Below, one piece after another: positions 28,197 through 38,021 of a stretch of DNA of 64,000 nt. Location of the stretch: contig JAAXWF010000003.1 of assembly GCA_013335095.1 (NCBI GenBank), positions 5,960 to 69,959 on the forward strand, written 5' to 3'. The notes beneath the pieces are model-generated. The model was not told the DNA's origin. It ran no database searches and worked only from the letters and a program-made list of their open reading frames with translations. The position numbers and the translations under genes were made by a program. Position 1 is the stretch's first letter. Every line of letters begins with the position of its first letter. Origin of the DNA: a candidate division WWE3 bacterium (GTDB lineage Bacteria > Patescibacteriota > 4484-211 > GCA-002791395).

Positions 28197-31100
28197 TTAT
28201 GCAGCTTCTACTTCTGACTGTAGTTTATCTACTTCTACCCGTGCTCGCTTACCGGTAGGAATTAGTCGCCCAATAATGACGTTTTCCTTGAGTCCTAACA
28301 GATAGTCAATTTGTGGACGTTCATTTATTGCTGCTGCAGCCAATACATTTGCTGTTTCTTCAAACGATGCTGCTGACAACCATGAATCAGTCAACAATGC
28401 CGCTCTACTTATTCCAAGAACTACTCGACTACCTTTTGCTGTTTCTTTACCGGCAGCTTCTAATTGCTTATTTTCATCAACAAATTCATAAATACTGACG
28501 TAATCACCTGGTAAGAAGCTTGAATCTCCAGAGCTTTTTACTCGTACTTTATCGCACATCTTTCGAATTATTACTTCAATATGCTTGTCGTTGATACTTA
28601 CCCCTTGGCTCTTGTAGACTGCTTGTATTTCTTTCAATAAATGTTTCTGTAAAGACAATACACCCTTGATCTCTAATATCTCTTCAAGATCAAAGTTTCC
28701 TTCTGTTAAGCTATCACCAGCTAAAATCTTATCTCCAACTTTAACCTTGATTTCTTCAGAAGTAGAGAGCGTATATCGACGTACTTCATAATCTTTTTGA
28801 TCTGCTGTTTTATCGCTTGCCTTAATTACTATTACAATTCCATCAGATTTCTCTTCAATCTCCATAACAGTACCGGTAATTTCGCTCAAAGTAGCCGATT
28901 GCTTTGGTGTTCGTGCTTCAAACAATTGTTCGACACGTGGTAAACCTTGTGTGATTTCCTTCTTAGCGACACCAGCACGGTGTTTACTATGTAAGGTTAA
29001 CTGTGTACCAGGTTCACCAATACTTTGTGCTGCAATGATACCTACAGCTTCACCAATCTCTATACGTTTCCTGGTCGATAAATCTTTACCATAACATTTA
29101 CTGCATACGCCAAAATGTGTTTCACAGGTTAAGATGCTCCTCATCGGTACTTCTTCAATGCCTGCTTCTACAATGTTATCTGCAATTTCCTGGGTAATTT
29201 CTTCACCAGCTGCGACTAAAAGATTGCCTTTAGCGTCTTTGATGTCTTTCCATGCTGTTCTACCTTCAATACGTTCTTCTAAAGTCCAGTCTTCGACACC
29301 TTCTTCAACTCGAATATATACACCTTGTTTGGTTCCACAATCAATTTCTCGAGTCATTACATCATGGGCTACGTCTACTAAGCGCCGAGTTAGGTATCCT
29401 GCAGTAGCTGTTAATAATGCCACGTCAATCAAACTCTTGCGTCCACCAATCATGTTCAAGAACCCTTCGAATGAAGTATGTCCTTCAAGCATTGAACTTG
29501 TAATAGGTGTTTCTTTGATCAAACCTTGTGAGTCGACCATTAATCCACGCATACCTTGAACCTGTCGTATTGTTTCTGGATTTACCTTAAATGAACGTGA
29601 ATTCAGGATCATTCCAATTACGCTCTCCTTATCTAATTTTTCCATAACGACCTTAGAGATCTTGCTTTGTGCGTCTTCCCATACACTAACGATCTGAAGA
29701 TGACGCTCTCGTGGAGTCATTAAGCCTAATTGGTAATTTTGTTCAATTTCATCAATCTTGGCATGAGCTTCATTAAGAATTATATTCCGTTCTTCAGGTA
29801 TATGAAGATCAAACATTGAATAGGATACACCTGCAATTGTTGAGAACTTTTGACCTTGTTCTTTAAGTCGATCGAGCATTCGACAGGTTTCATCTTCACC
29901 ATGCTGATCGAAACAGTTTGCAATTAAGTCCCGAGTAACATCTCGATTAACCTCAACATTGATGAATCGCAGGTCTTCTGGAATAAGGGTATTAAAGATA
30001 ATACGTCCAGGTGTTGTTTCAATTTCTTCGCCATTAATAATGGTACGGATAGGTGTCTGAATATCAATCTCATTATTATGATAAGCTGACAAGGCTTGTT
30101 GAGAATCTAAGAACCAAAAGCCTTTGCGTTCATCTTTATCGTTCTTAAGTGTTAGATAGTAAACACCCAAAGATATTTCATGTTTTAGGTCTACAATCGG
30201 TTGACCATGTGATAACTTTAGTAAGTTATGCGGTGTCAACAGTTTTGTACGTGCTTCTTCGATTGCTGCTTGTGATAGTGGTACGTGAATGGACATAGAG
30301 TCACCATCAAAGTCTCCGGCAAAACTTCCCACAACGCCTGGATGGAATGTGATCGCTTTACCTTCAACCAATACAGGATAAAATGCTTGAATATTTTGTC
30401 GATGTAAGGTTGGTGCTCGGTTCAATAGTACCGGATGATTTTTTGTTACTCGCTCAAGAATATCCCAAACTTCATCGCCACGTGATTCGAGAACATGTTT
30501 CGCACTCTTTAGGTTTGGTGCGTAACCTTCTAAAATAAGATCACGTAGTACAAATGGCTTGAATAATTCTAACGCCATTTCTTTTGGTACACCAACTTGA
30601 TCAATCTTCAATGTCGGACCGACAACGATAACACTTCGTCCTGAATAATCTACACGCTTACCTAATAAGTTTTGTCGGAAACGACCTTGCTTACCTTTAA
30701 GCATATCTGAAAGGCTTTGAAGCTCTTTACGTCCGCGTGTTATTTTACGTGACCCTTCGATTAGGGAATCAACAGCTTCTTGCAACATCCGCTTTTCATT
30801 TTGAAGGATAATGGACGGTGCACCTAATTGAATTAGTTCACGAAGACGATTATTACGATTTATTACTCGTCTGTAAAGGTCATTTAAATCAGATGTAGCA
30901 AAACGACCACCAGGTAGTTGAACCATTGGACGCAAATCTGGCGGGATAACTGGAAGTGCTTCCATGACTATCCAAGCTGGATTAATTTGCGCATCTTTCA
31001 TTCCCTTTATAATCTTGAGTCTTTTAATTGCTTTTAGACGTCGTGCTTTTGACTTTCCTTTTATGACTTTCTTGAGTTCTTCAATCTCTTTCTCTAAATC

Positions 31101-31928
31101 TAGTTTAGTAAGTGCTTCTAGGACAACTTCAGCACCCATTCCTGCAACGAAGAAATCACTCGCTTCCCAGAATTTTAATTCGTTCATTTCCAGTTCACTG
31201 ACAACAGAAAACATCTTAATCTTATTAATCATCTCTGTAACTTGTTTGAATGATTGCTCAAGTTGTTCTTGATTTCGAATTAATTCTTCACGCAAATATA
31301 ATATTGATCGTCGATTTTCTTTTTTAAGATTTTCCATTCTGAGCTCATCAGATTCCGCGACGTCTTTACTTGTTGAGGATTCTTTAACTGTCTTTTCTAA
31401 TTCAGACTGAAGTTGCTCAACCTGTTCGTTCGTTTCGGTTTCGAGCTGTTTCTTCTTTTCTTCAAGTTCAGCATTTAAACGTTTAAGTATTTCAGCTCGA
31501 CGATCTTCATTTATTTCAGTTACTAGAAATTGTGCAAAGTAGATAACAGATTCGAGATCACGTAAACCTACATTAAGTAATGCGGGTAATTTATTAGGGA
31601 TTCTCTTGAAGAACCATGTATGCACAACAGGAGCTGCTAATTCAATATGTCCCATTCTTTCACGTCGTACACGTGCATATGTTACTTCAACACCACACTT
31701 ATCACATACAACACCTTTATATCTTTGGCGTTTATATTTTCCACAATAACATTCTAAATCTTTGACCGGACCAAAAATACGTTCATCAAATAGGCCATCT
31801 TTTTCTGGTTTCAGTGTGCGATAGTTTATAGTCTCAGCCTTAGTAACTTCGCCATGTGACCATGAACGAATATCTTCTGCTGAAGCTAAGCTTAATTTTA
31901 ACGCATCAAAATTGATATTATTCTGCAT
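28197..31928 (-). CDS. rpoC: RNA polymerase beta' subunit with a divergent active centre
   Basis: ETINYRT, CYCGKYK Zn ribbon, PPDLRPMV, KQGRFRQNLLGKRVDYSGRSVI, NRAPTLHR, DFDGD, GYLTRRLVDV, QSIGEPGTQLT, SAASFEET. GAAGGAG SD inside the rpoB end. Confidence 0.98.
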   Translation of the reverse strand: MQNNINFDALKLSLASAEDIRSWSHGEVTKAETINYRTLKPEKDGLFDERIFGPVKDLECYCGKYKRQRYKGVVCDKCGVEVTYARVRRERMGHIELAAPVVHTWFFKRIPNKLPALLNVGLRDLESVIYFAQFLVTEINEDRRAEILKRLNAELEEKKKQLETETNEQVEQLQSELEKTVKESSTSKDVAESDELRMENLKKENRRSILYLREELIRNQEQLEQSFKQVTEMINKIKMFSVVSELEMNELKFWEASDFFVAGMGAEVVLEALTKLDLEKEIEELKKVIKGKSKARRLKAIKRLKIIKGMKDAQINPAWIVMEALPVIPPDLRPMVQLPGGRFATSDLNDLYRRVINRNNRLRELIQLGAPSIILQNEKRMLQEAVDSLIEGSRKITRGRKELQSLSDMLKGKQGRFRQNLLGKRVDYSGRSVIVVGPTLKIDQVGVPKEMALELFKPFVLRDLILEGYAPNLKSAKHVLESRGDEVWDILERVTKNHPVLLNRAPTLHRQNIQAFYPVLVEGKAITFHPGVVGSFAGDFDGDSMSIHVPLSQAAIEEARTKLLTPHNLLKLSHGQPIVDLKHEISLGVYYLTLKNDKDERKGFWFLDSQQALSAYHNNEIDIQTPIRTIINGEEIETTPGRIIFNTLIPEDLRFINVEVNRDVTRDLIANCFDQHGEDETCRMLDRLKEQGQKFSTIAGVSYSMFDLHIPEERNIILNEAHAKIDEIEQNYQLGLMTPRERHLQIVSVWEDAQSKISKVVMEKLDKESVIGMILNSRSFKVNPETIRQVQGMRGLMVDSQGLIKETPITSSMLEGHTSFEGFLNMIGGRKSLIDVALLTATAGYLTRRLVDVAHDVMTREIDCGTKQGVYIRVEEGVEDWTLEERIEGRTAWKDIKDAKGNLLVAAGEEITQEIADNIVEAGIEEVPMRSILTCETHFGVCSKCYGKDLSTRKRIEIGEAVGIIAAQSIGEPGTQLTLHSKHRAGVAKKEITQGLPRVEQLFEARTPKQSATLSEITGTVMEIEEKSDGIVIVIKASDKTADQKDYEVRRYTLSTSEEIKVKVGDKILAGDSLTEGNFDLEEILEIKGVLSLQKHLLKEIQAVYKSQGVSINDKHIEVIIRKMCDKVRVKSSGDSSFLPGDYVSIYEFVDENKQLEAAGKETAKGSRVVLGISRAALLTDSWLSAASFEETANVLAAAAINERPQIDYLLGLKENVIIGRLIPTGKRARVEVDKLQSEVEAA

Positions 31929-34900
31929 CTTGTTGTTCTCCTTCATTTTCCGCAACTTCTTCAACAGCCCCTTGTGATTCTACCTCAACCTCGCTAGTAG
32001 AATCAACCTTACTTTCGAGTGGTTTCTGATCATCAAGTGAGGCAGCTTCTATTATCTCAGATGCGTCCAGACTCTGTGGTGCTCCTTCATTAGTAAAGTT
32101 TATTGCTTCAACCGAAAGTCCTAATGAATTCAATTCCTTAATTAAGAGCTTGAAAGCCTCTGGTAGTCGAGCTTCCGGAATTGGAAGACCTTTTACAATC
32201 GCTTCAAATGCCTTTGCTCGTCCGACAACATCATCACTCTTGATCGTAAGCATTTCTTGTAGGATATGAGCTGCACCATATGCGTCAAGTGCCCATACTT
32301 CCATTTCTCCGATTCGCTGACCACCCATTTGTGCTTTACCACCCAGTGGTTGTTGCGTGACCAAACTATATGGTCCTGTTGATCGAGCATGTACTTTATC
32401 TTCAACTAGGTGGTGTAGCTTCATAATATGAGCATACCCAACAAGTACTTTATAGTGGAATGCATTTCCTGTTCTTCCATCGTAAAGTGTCAATTTCCCA
32501 TCATCAGGAAGTCCTGCTTCTTTCAACTTGCTAGAAATTAATCCTGGTTGAATCTTATCAAATGCAGGTACTGCATAATGTTCACCCAATACTTTACCAG
32601 CCCAACTTAAATGTGTTTCAAGTATCTGTCCAACAATCATACGAGCTAGAACAGAACCAGGGTTTAAAATAATATCTACTGGGCGTCCATCCTGTGTATA
32701 CGGTAGGTCTTCAACTGGAATTATTTTTGCTACGATACCCTTTGAACCGTGACGACCTGCAATTTTATCACCAACAGCAATTTTTCGCTTCTGGGCGACC
32801 TTTACCTTCACTGTTTTCAGAACTCCAGGCCCCAATTCATCGCCATGTTCACGATCTAATACCGTGATTGATATAATTGTACCTGAATCACCATGAGGCA
32901 TTCGTAATGATGTATCGCGAATTTCACGAGCCTTCTCTCCAAAGATGGCTCGAAGCAATCGCTCTTCTGCTGTTAATTCTTGTTCACCTTTTGGTGCTAT
33001 TTTACCAACTAATATATCTCCTGGGTGAACCGTTGCGCCAACTACTACAATTCCGTCATGATCAAGATTTGCTAGAATTTCGTCTGATACGTTTGGAATA
33101 TCACGAGTAATTTCTTCAGGCCCTAATTTCGTATCCATGACCTGAGCTTCATATTCACGAATGTGAATACTTGTTAATAGGTCATCCTTTACAAGACGTT
33201 CTGAAATAGCGATTGAGTCTTCATAGTTGAATCCTTCCCAAGGCATATATGCTACAAATAAATCTCGACCTAGAGCTAATTCACCAGCTTGTGATGATGG
33301 ACCATCAGCTAAGGCTTCACCTTCAATAACTGTTTGACCTCGACGTACTCGTGGCGTTTGGTTATAGCAAGTACTGTCGTTTGTTCTCTCGAATTTAGTA
33401 AGGTAGTAAACATCTAGATCTCGGTCCTTTGTTCGAACTTCGATTCGTTCCGCATCAACATATTCGACTTCGCCCGCTCGACGAGCCAGTGCTGCTCTGC
33501 GTGCATCTTTGATGATATTCTTTTCTAAGCCTCCACCAACTACTGGAGTCTCTGGATTAATTAATGGAACGGCCTGCTTAGACATGTTTGAGCTTACTTG
33601 AGCGCGTGGGCCTGAGTCAGATGCAATGAACGGAATAGAACCAGAAGAAGCTCCGGTCATTATTGATGGATGAGCATCGACCATATCGATTTCATCAATA
33701 TAAGCCATAATAAAGTCCCCCTTGTAACGCACAGGTGCTCGATTTGCTGTTATGTATCCTTTATCGTCGACAGGTAGGGTTGCTTCTGCGATTCGGTAAT
33801 TTTCATCATCATCAGCCGTCATGTAAACTACTTCATCTGAAATTCTTGATTTTTTTCCTTCGTGAATAATCTTTCTAAATGGTGCTTCTAAGAAACCATA
33901 ATCATTAACTTTGACGTAACTTGCTAATTGTAGGTTTAATCCAATATTTTGACCTTCTGGGGTCATTATGATGTCGATACGACCGTAGTGACTTGGTTGT
34001 ACATCACGTACTGCAATACCAGCGCGACCACGATCTAATCCACCAGGCCCAAGTGTTGAAACACGTCGTAGGTGTTCTAATTCAGATAATGGGTTCGTTT
34101 GATCCATGTAATGAGATAACTGGCTTGAACCGAAAAATTCATTAAGTGCTGCTGCTATTGGACGTGCATTTACGAGCGTATTTGGTGTTAATTTAACATT
34201 ACTTGCGGTAACAGATAAACGATCACGAATATTACGTTCCAATCGAATTAATCCGACACGAAATGCTTGTTGGGCTAATTCTCCGACGCTTCGAATTCGA
34301 CGATTTGAGAGATGATCGATATTATCAGCTTGTCCTTGAGTTAAATTGAGTTCAATTAAACGACGAACAGTATTAATTAAATCTTCACGTTGTAATAACA
34401 TGAATTCTTTATCGTCTGAAAAGTTAGTACCAAACTTTTTATTGAGTTTATACCGACCGACCTTTGAGAGAGAAAAACGGCGCGGATCTCGGAATAATGC
34501 ATTAAAATAATCCTCAGCATTTTCTAAGATTCTTGGATCTCCAGGTCGCATTGTCCCATAGATCTCAAGATAGGCCTCTTCTGCATTTGTCGTTATATCT
34601 TTGGCCAGCGTATTGTTTATGTAGCTAAAATCAGAATTGGTATCGACTTCTGTGAATAGCGTAGTTATCTCTTTATGTTTAATACCAAATGCTTTTAAGA
34701 ATGTAGTCGCACTAATTCGTCGTCCACCATTAATACGTACTGAAAATGTATTATCACGATTTGTTTCAAATTCGATCCAAGCACCGCGTTCTGGACGTAT
34801 AATCGCTTTATATACATTTCGGGCTAGTCGGTTGCTAAAAGCTGATTCGTAGTATATTCCTGGTGAGCGGGTTAATTGGTGGACAATAACTCGTTCGGTA

Positions 34901-35277
34901 CCATTTATAACGAATGAACCGCGCTCTGTCATCAAAGGGATTTCGCCCAAATATACGTCTTGTGACTGGTGATAACCTGTTTCTTTATTATGAATACGTG
35001 CTGTTGCTGAAAGACGAGCACCATAAGTTAATCCTTTTTCAATCGCCTGACGCCAGTCTATTTTAGGTTTTTCTGACTTTAGCGTGTCAATCTCAAGTTG
35101 ATAATTCTCTTCTGCGTGATCTGTTATTGGTGAAATTTCGGCTAATGCCTCAGCTAGGCCCTCTTCAAGAAGCCATTTGTAAGACTGGAATTGAACACCC
35201 GCAAGGTTCGGCACCTGTAGCGGCGAGTTAATTGCAGACTGTCCTATATTAATGCGTGAAATTTGATCTTTAGCCAT
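31918..35277 (-). CDS. rpoB: RNA polymerase beta subunit with divergent motifs
   Basis: INGTERVIV, DHLSNRRIR, GPGGL, TPEG.NIGL, NYEDS, GDKIAGRHG.KG, HARSTGPYSLVTQQPLGGKAQ, GEMEVWAL, EMLTIKSDD. Confidence 0.98.
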   Translation of the reverse strand: MAKDQISRINIGQSAINSPLQVPNLAGVQFQSYKWLLEEGLAEALAEISPITDHAEENYQLEIDTLKSEKPKIDWRQAIEKGLTYGARLSATARIHNKETGYHQSQDVYLGEIPLMTERGSFVINGTERVIVHQLTRSPGIYYESAFSNRLARNVYKAIIRPERGAWIEFETNRDNTFSVRINGGRRISATTFLKAFGIKHKEITTLFTEVDTNSDFSYINNTLAKDITTNAEEAYLEIYGTMRPGDPRILENAEDYFNALFRDPRRFSLSKVGRYKLNKKFGTNFSDDKEFMLLQREDLINTVRRLIELNLTQGQADNIDHLSNRRIRSVGELAQQAFRVGLIRLERNIRDRLSVTASNVKLTPNTLVNARPIAAALNEFFGSSQLSHYMDQTNPLSELEHLRRVSTLGPGGLDRGRAGIAVRDVQPSHYGRIDIIMTPEGQNIGLNLQLASYVKVNDYGFLEAPFRKIIHEGKKSRISDEVVYMTADDDENYRIAEATLPVDDKGYITANRAPVRYKGDFIMAYIDEIDMVDAHPSIMTGASSGSIPFIASDSGPRAQVSSNMSKQAVPLINPETPVVGGGLEKNIIKDARRAALARRAGEVEYVDAERIEVRTKDRDLDVYYLTKFERTNDSTCYNQTPRVRRGQTVIEGEALADGPSSQAGELALGRDLFVAYMPWEGFNYEDSIAISERLVKDDLLTSIHIREYEAQVMDTKLGPEEITRDIPNVSDEILANLDHDGIVVVGATVHPGDILVGKIAPKGEQELTAEERLLRAIFGEKAREIRDTSLRMPHGDSGTIISITVLDREHGDELGPGVLKTVKVKVAQKRKIAVGDKIAGRHGSKGIVAKIIPVEDLPYTQDGRPVDIILNPGSVLARMIVGQILETHLSWAGKVLGEHYAVPAFDKIQPGLISSKLKEAGLPDDGKLTLYDGRTGNAFHYKVLVGYAHIMKLHHLVEDKVHARSTGPYSLVTQQPLGGKAQMGGQRIGEMEVWALDAYGAAHILQEMLTIKSDDVVGRAKAFEAIVKGLPIPEARLPEAFKLLIKELNSLGLSVEAINFTNEGAPQSLDASEIIEAASLDDQKPLESKVDSTSEVEVESQGAVEEVAENEGEQQDAE

Positions 35278-35462
35278 GCGCGATCTTTAATCTCTGTATA
35301 CTATACCATGCATGTCAACACTTCAACACTGGATGACGTGCCCAATTACTATCTCATACCATCGAGAATTTCGCAAGTAATGAAATTAATCTTATTCATA
35401 CAATAATACACTACCATCAAGGCTTTTTGCTATTTCCGGTAGGGCATCATATAATGACGGAT

Positions 35463-36944
35463 ATGTTGAATTATAGACGTCCTCCCATTGTTGTTGTGAT
35501 GGGACATGTAGACCACGGTAAGACCAGTATTTTAGATAAAATCCGTAATACACAAATACAACAGAAAGAAGCGGGCGGTATAACCCAATCAATTGGAGCG
35601 TATCAAGCTACCTATAATGGTGACGTTATAACATTTATAGATACACCAGGACACGAGGCTTTTACTCAGATGCGTAGCCGTGGAGGACAAATCGCCGATA
35701 TTATTGTATTAGTAGTAGCCGCAGATGATGGGGTCATGCCTCAAACAAAAGAAGCGATCCAACACGCAAAATTTTCTGGAGCACGCATTATTGTTGCCAT
35801 AAATAAGATTGATTTAGTTGGAGCAAACCTCAATAAGGTTAAGAAACAATTATCTGATAACGGCATCCTTATAGAGGAATACGCAGGAGACGTTCCCGTG
35901 GTATTAACATCAGCTACAACTGGAGCGGGTATTGACGATCTTTTAAAACAAATTGTTACCTCATCGAAGCAATTAGATCTGCAGGTCTCTGACGAAAAAA
36001 ATGATTTCATAGCTAAAATTGTAGAAAGTTATTTAGATAACCGCCGTGGTCCAATTGCTAACATGATTGTGATATCAGGTCGTTTAGCGGTACGTGACGT
36101 AGTACTAACGGACCAACATGTTGCAAAGGTTCGATCCATGCGTGATTGGCTTGGAGTTGAAGTCAAAGAAGTCTTACCTGGTACACCCGTAGAATTACTT
36201 GGATTTAGCGCTGTTCCGACTGTTGGTGCAGAGATTCGAATAGCTGAGAATATAAAAGATGCCGAAAAGCTAGTCGCGGAGAAACAACGTGATATTAAGA
36301 ATTTTACCCAGTTATCTGCTCAAGACCGGATTAGACGTGCGTTTTTTGAACCTCAAGTACGTGAAATCCCAGTGATCATTAAAGCTAGCTCTCAAGGTTC
36401 GTTGGAGGCATTAATTGAATCGGTTAACCTCCTTTCAAACGAACAGGTACGTATTAAAGTCCTTTCACAATCTGTGGGAAGTATTAGTGAGAATGATATC
36501 GTTAGCGCAATACCTATGAAGGCGTTTGTTATTGGTTTTGGGGTAGGCGTTGAAAAGAATGCCGAAACACTTGCAATTAAAGAGCGAATTATCTGTCGTC
36601 GTTATGAAATTATTTATCGACTTCTTGAAGAGCTACAGGAGGTTATTGGCATGGAAATTGAGGATTTGATCCCTCAGCCAACTGGAAAAGCTAAAGTTAA
36701 GCAGTTATTTGAACTTACAAACGGTCAGGTCGTTGCGGGGTCTGAAGTTACTGAGGGGTATTTGAAAAAGGGTTCAAAAGTATCGATAGTTCGACCTTAT
36801 GGTGAAAATATCGAGGGTAAAATCGCTTCGTTAAAGAAAAATAAGGATGATGTTGGGCAGGTAAAGCGAGGCGAAGAGTGCGGTATCCTGTTAGAGGGTG
36901 ATATCCAAATCTTAGTCGGAGACATTATTGAGGCTTTTAAATAA
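35463..36944 (+). CDS. infB: Translation initiation factor IF-2, short form without the N-terminal domain
   Basis: RPPIVVVMGHVDHGKT, GGITQSIG, DTPGHEAF, NKID. Promoter TTGCTA-17-TATAAT lies 7 nt before ATG 35463. Confidence 0.96.
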   Translation: MLNYRRPPIVVVMGHVDHGKTSILDKIRNTQIQQKEAGGITQSIGAYQATYNGDVITFIDTPGHEAFTQMRSRGGQIADIIVLVVAADDGVMPQTKEAIQHAKFSGARIIVAINKIDLVGANLNKVKKQLSDNGILIEEYAGDVPVVLTSATTGAGIDDLLKQIVTSSKQLDLQVSDEKNDFIAKIVESYLDNRRGPIANMIVISGRLAVRDVVLTDQHVAKVRSMRDWLGVEVKEVLPGTPVELLGFSAVPTVGAEIRIAENIKDAEKLVAEKQRDIKNFTQLSAQDRIRRAFFEPQVREIPVIIKASSQGSLEALIESVNLLSNEQVRIKVLSQSVGSISENDIVSAIPMKAFVIGFGVGVEKNAETLAIKERIICRRYEIIYRLLEELQEVIGMEIEDLIPQPTGKAKVKQLFELTNGQVVAGSEVTEGYLKKGSKVSIVRPYGENIEGKIASLKKNKDDVGQVKRGEECGILLEGDIQILVGDIIEAFK

Positions 36945-36955
36945 GGATTTTACTT

Positions 36956-37972
36956 ATGTTTAAAAAGATCCCATTGGTACTGTTGATATGTTTAATTATT
37001 ATCACTGTTGGAGTGTTTATTAGTTACAAGTATGTTGAATCATCAGTACGAAATGAGCATGTTCCCGGTAATTTACCAGATTATTCTTTTAGTATAACTT
37101 CTGGAGAAGGTGTTTCATCTATATTAGCTCGTCTACAATCTCACGGCTTCATTAAAAATTCGGCAATGCTTAGCGTCTATTTAAAATTATACCCTGAATA
37201 CGTTCAGGATATTCAAGCCGGCGAGTACACGGTAACATCAGGAATCTCTGTTCTTGAGTTACTCCAATCATTACGAGGAGGGTCATTTGAACAGAAATTA
37301 ACATTTATTGAAGGCTGGCGGCGTGAACAGTATCTAACCTATTTAGTTGATCAGAAAGGTGAAGATTTTGCTCATATATTTGATGAATTAACCAAAGACG
37401 ATGAGGGGCGATTATTTCCCGATACGTATTTTATTGATGCTAATACGACTCCAGCATCTTTAGCGGCAGATATGAAGTCTAATTTCTCGACTCATGTTGA
37501 TGAAATTAATGACCGAGAGGACCTAACCCAAGGGCAGTTGATTATTGCATCAATTGTTGAGCGAGAAGTCATAAGTGATGCCGATCGAGCATTAGTTGCT
37601 GGAATATTGCTCAAACGACTCGATGAAGGAATGAACCTAGGTGCTGATGCCACTTTACAATATGCTTTAGCCAACAACAAGATTACTGAGTCAAATCGGT
37701 GGGATGTTATTCAGGATAAGATGTTTAAATGGTGGCCACAAGAAATTACTGCAGATGATTTGCAGCTCGACTCTCCTTATAACACTAGATTATATATTGG
37801 TATTCCGCCTACGCCGATATGTAATCCGGGATTAGCAGCTATTCGTGCAGTTGTTGCACCGATTATAAGTGAGTATTATTACTATATTACTGATCGTGAA
37901 GGTATTACCCGCTATGCTGCAACCCTCGATGAACATAATCACAATATCGCCACCTACGGCTTGATGCAGTAG
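36956..37972 (+). CDS. mltG: Endolytic transglycosylase MltG
   Basis: TFIEG, EGRLFPDTY, IASIVERE, LGADAT..Y, DSPYNTRLY.G.PPTPICNPG. Confidence 0.94.
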   Translation: MFKKIPLVLLICLIIITVGVFISYKYVESSVRNEHVPGNLPDYSFSITSGEGVSSILARLQSHGFIKNSAMLSVYLKLYPEYVQDIQAGEYTVTSGISVLELLQSLRGGSFEQKLTFIEGWRREQYLTYLVDQKGEDFAHIFDELTKDDEGRLFPDTYFIDANTTPASLAADMKSNFSTHVDEINDREDLTQGQLIIASIVEREVISDADRALVAGILLKRLDEGMNLGADATLQYALANNKITESNRWDVIQDKMFKWWPQEITADDLQLDSPYNTRLYIGIPPTPICNPGLAAIRAVVAPIISEYYYYITDREGITRYAATLDEHNHNIATYGLMQ

Positions 37973-38021
37973 ACAAAAGATTCAACCTAGACACAAGATT
38001 AAGATTCGTTACAATAAATAG

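Noticed and set aside
28197-35277. rpoBC as pseudogenes or phage-derived genes
   Set aside because: Both ORFs are intact and full length with bacterial architecture, genome-like composition and housekeeping neighbours; metal-binding residues are retained.
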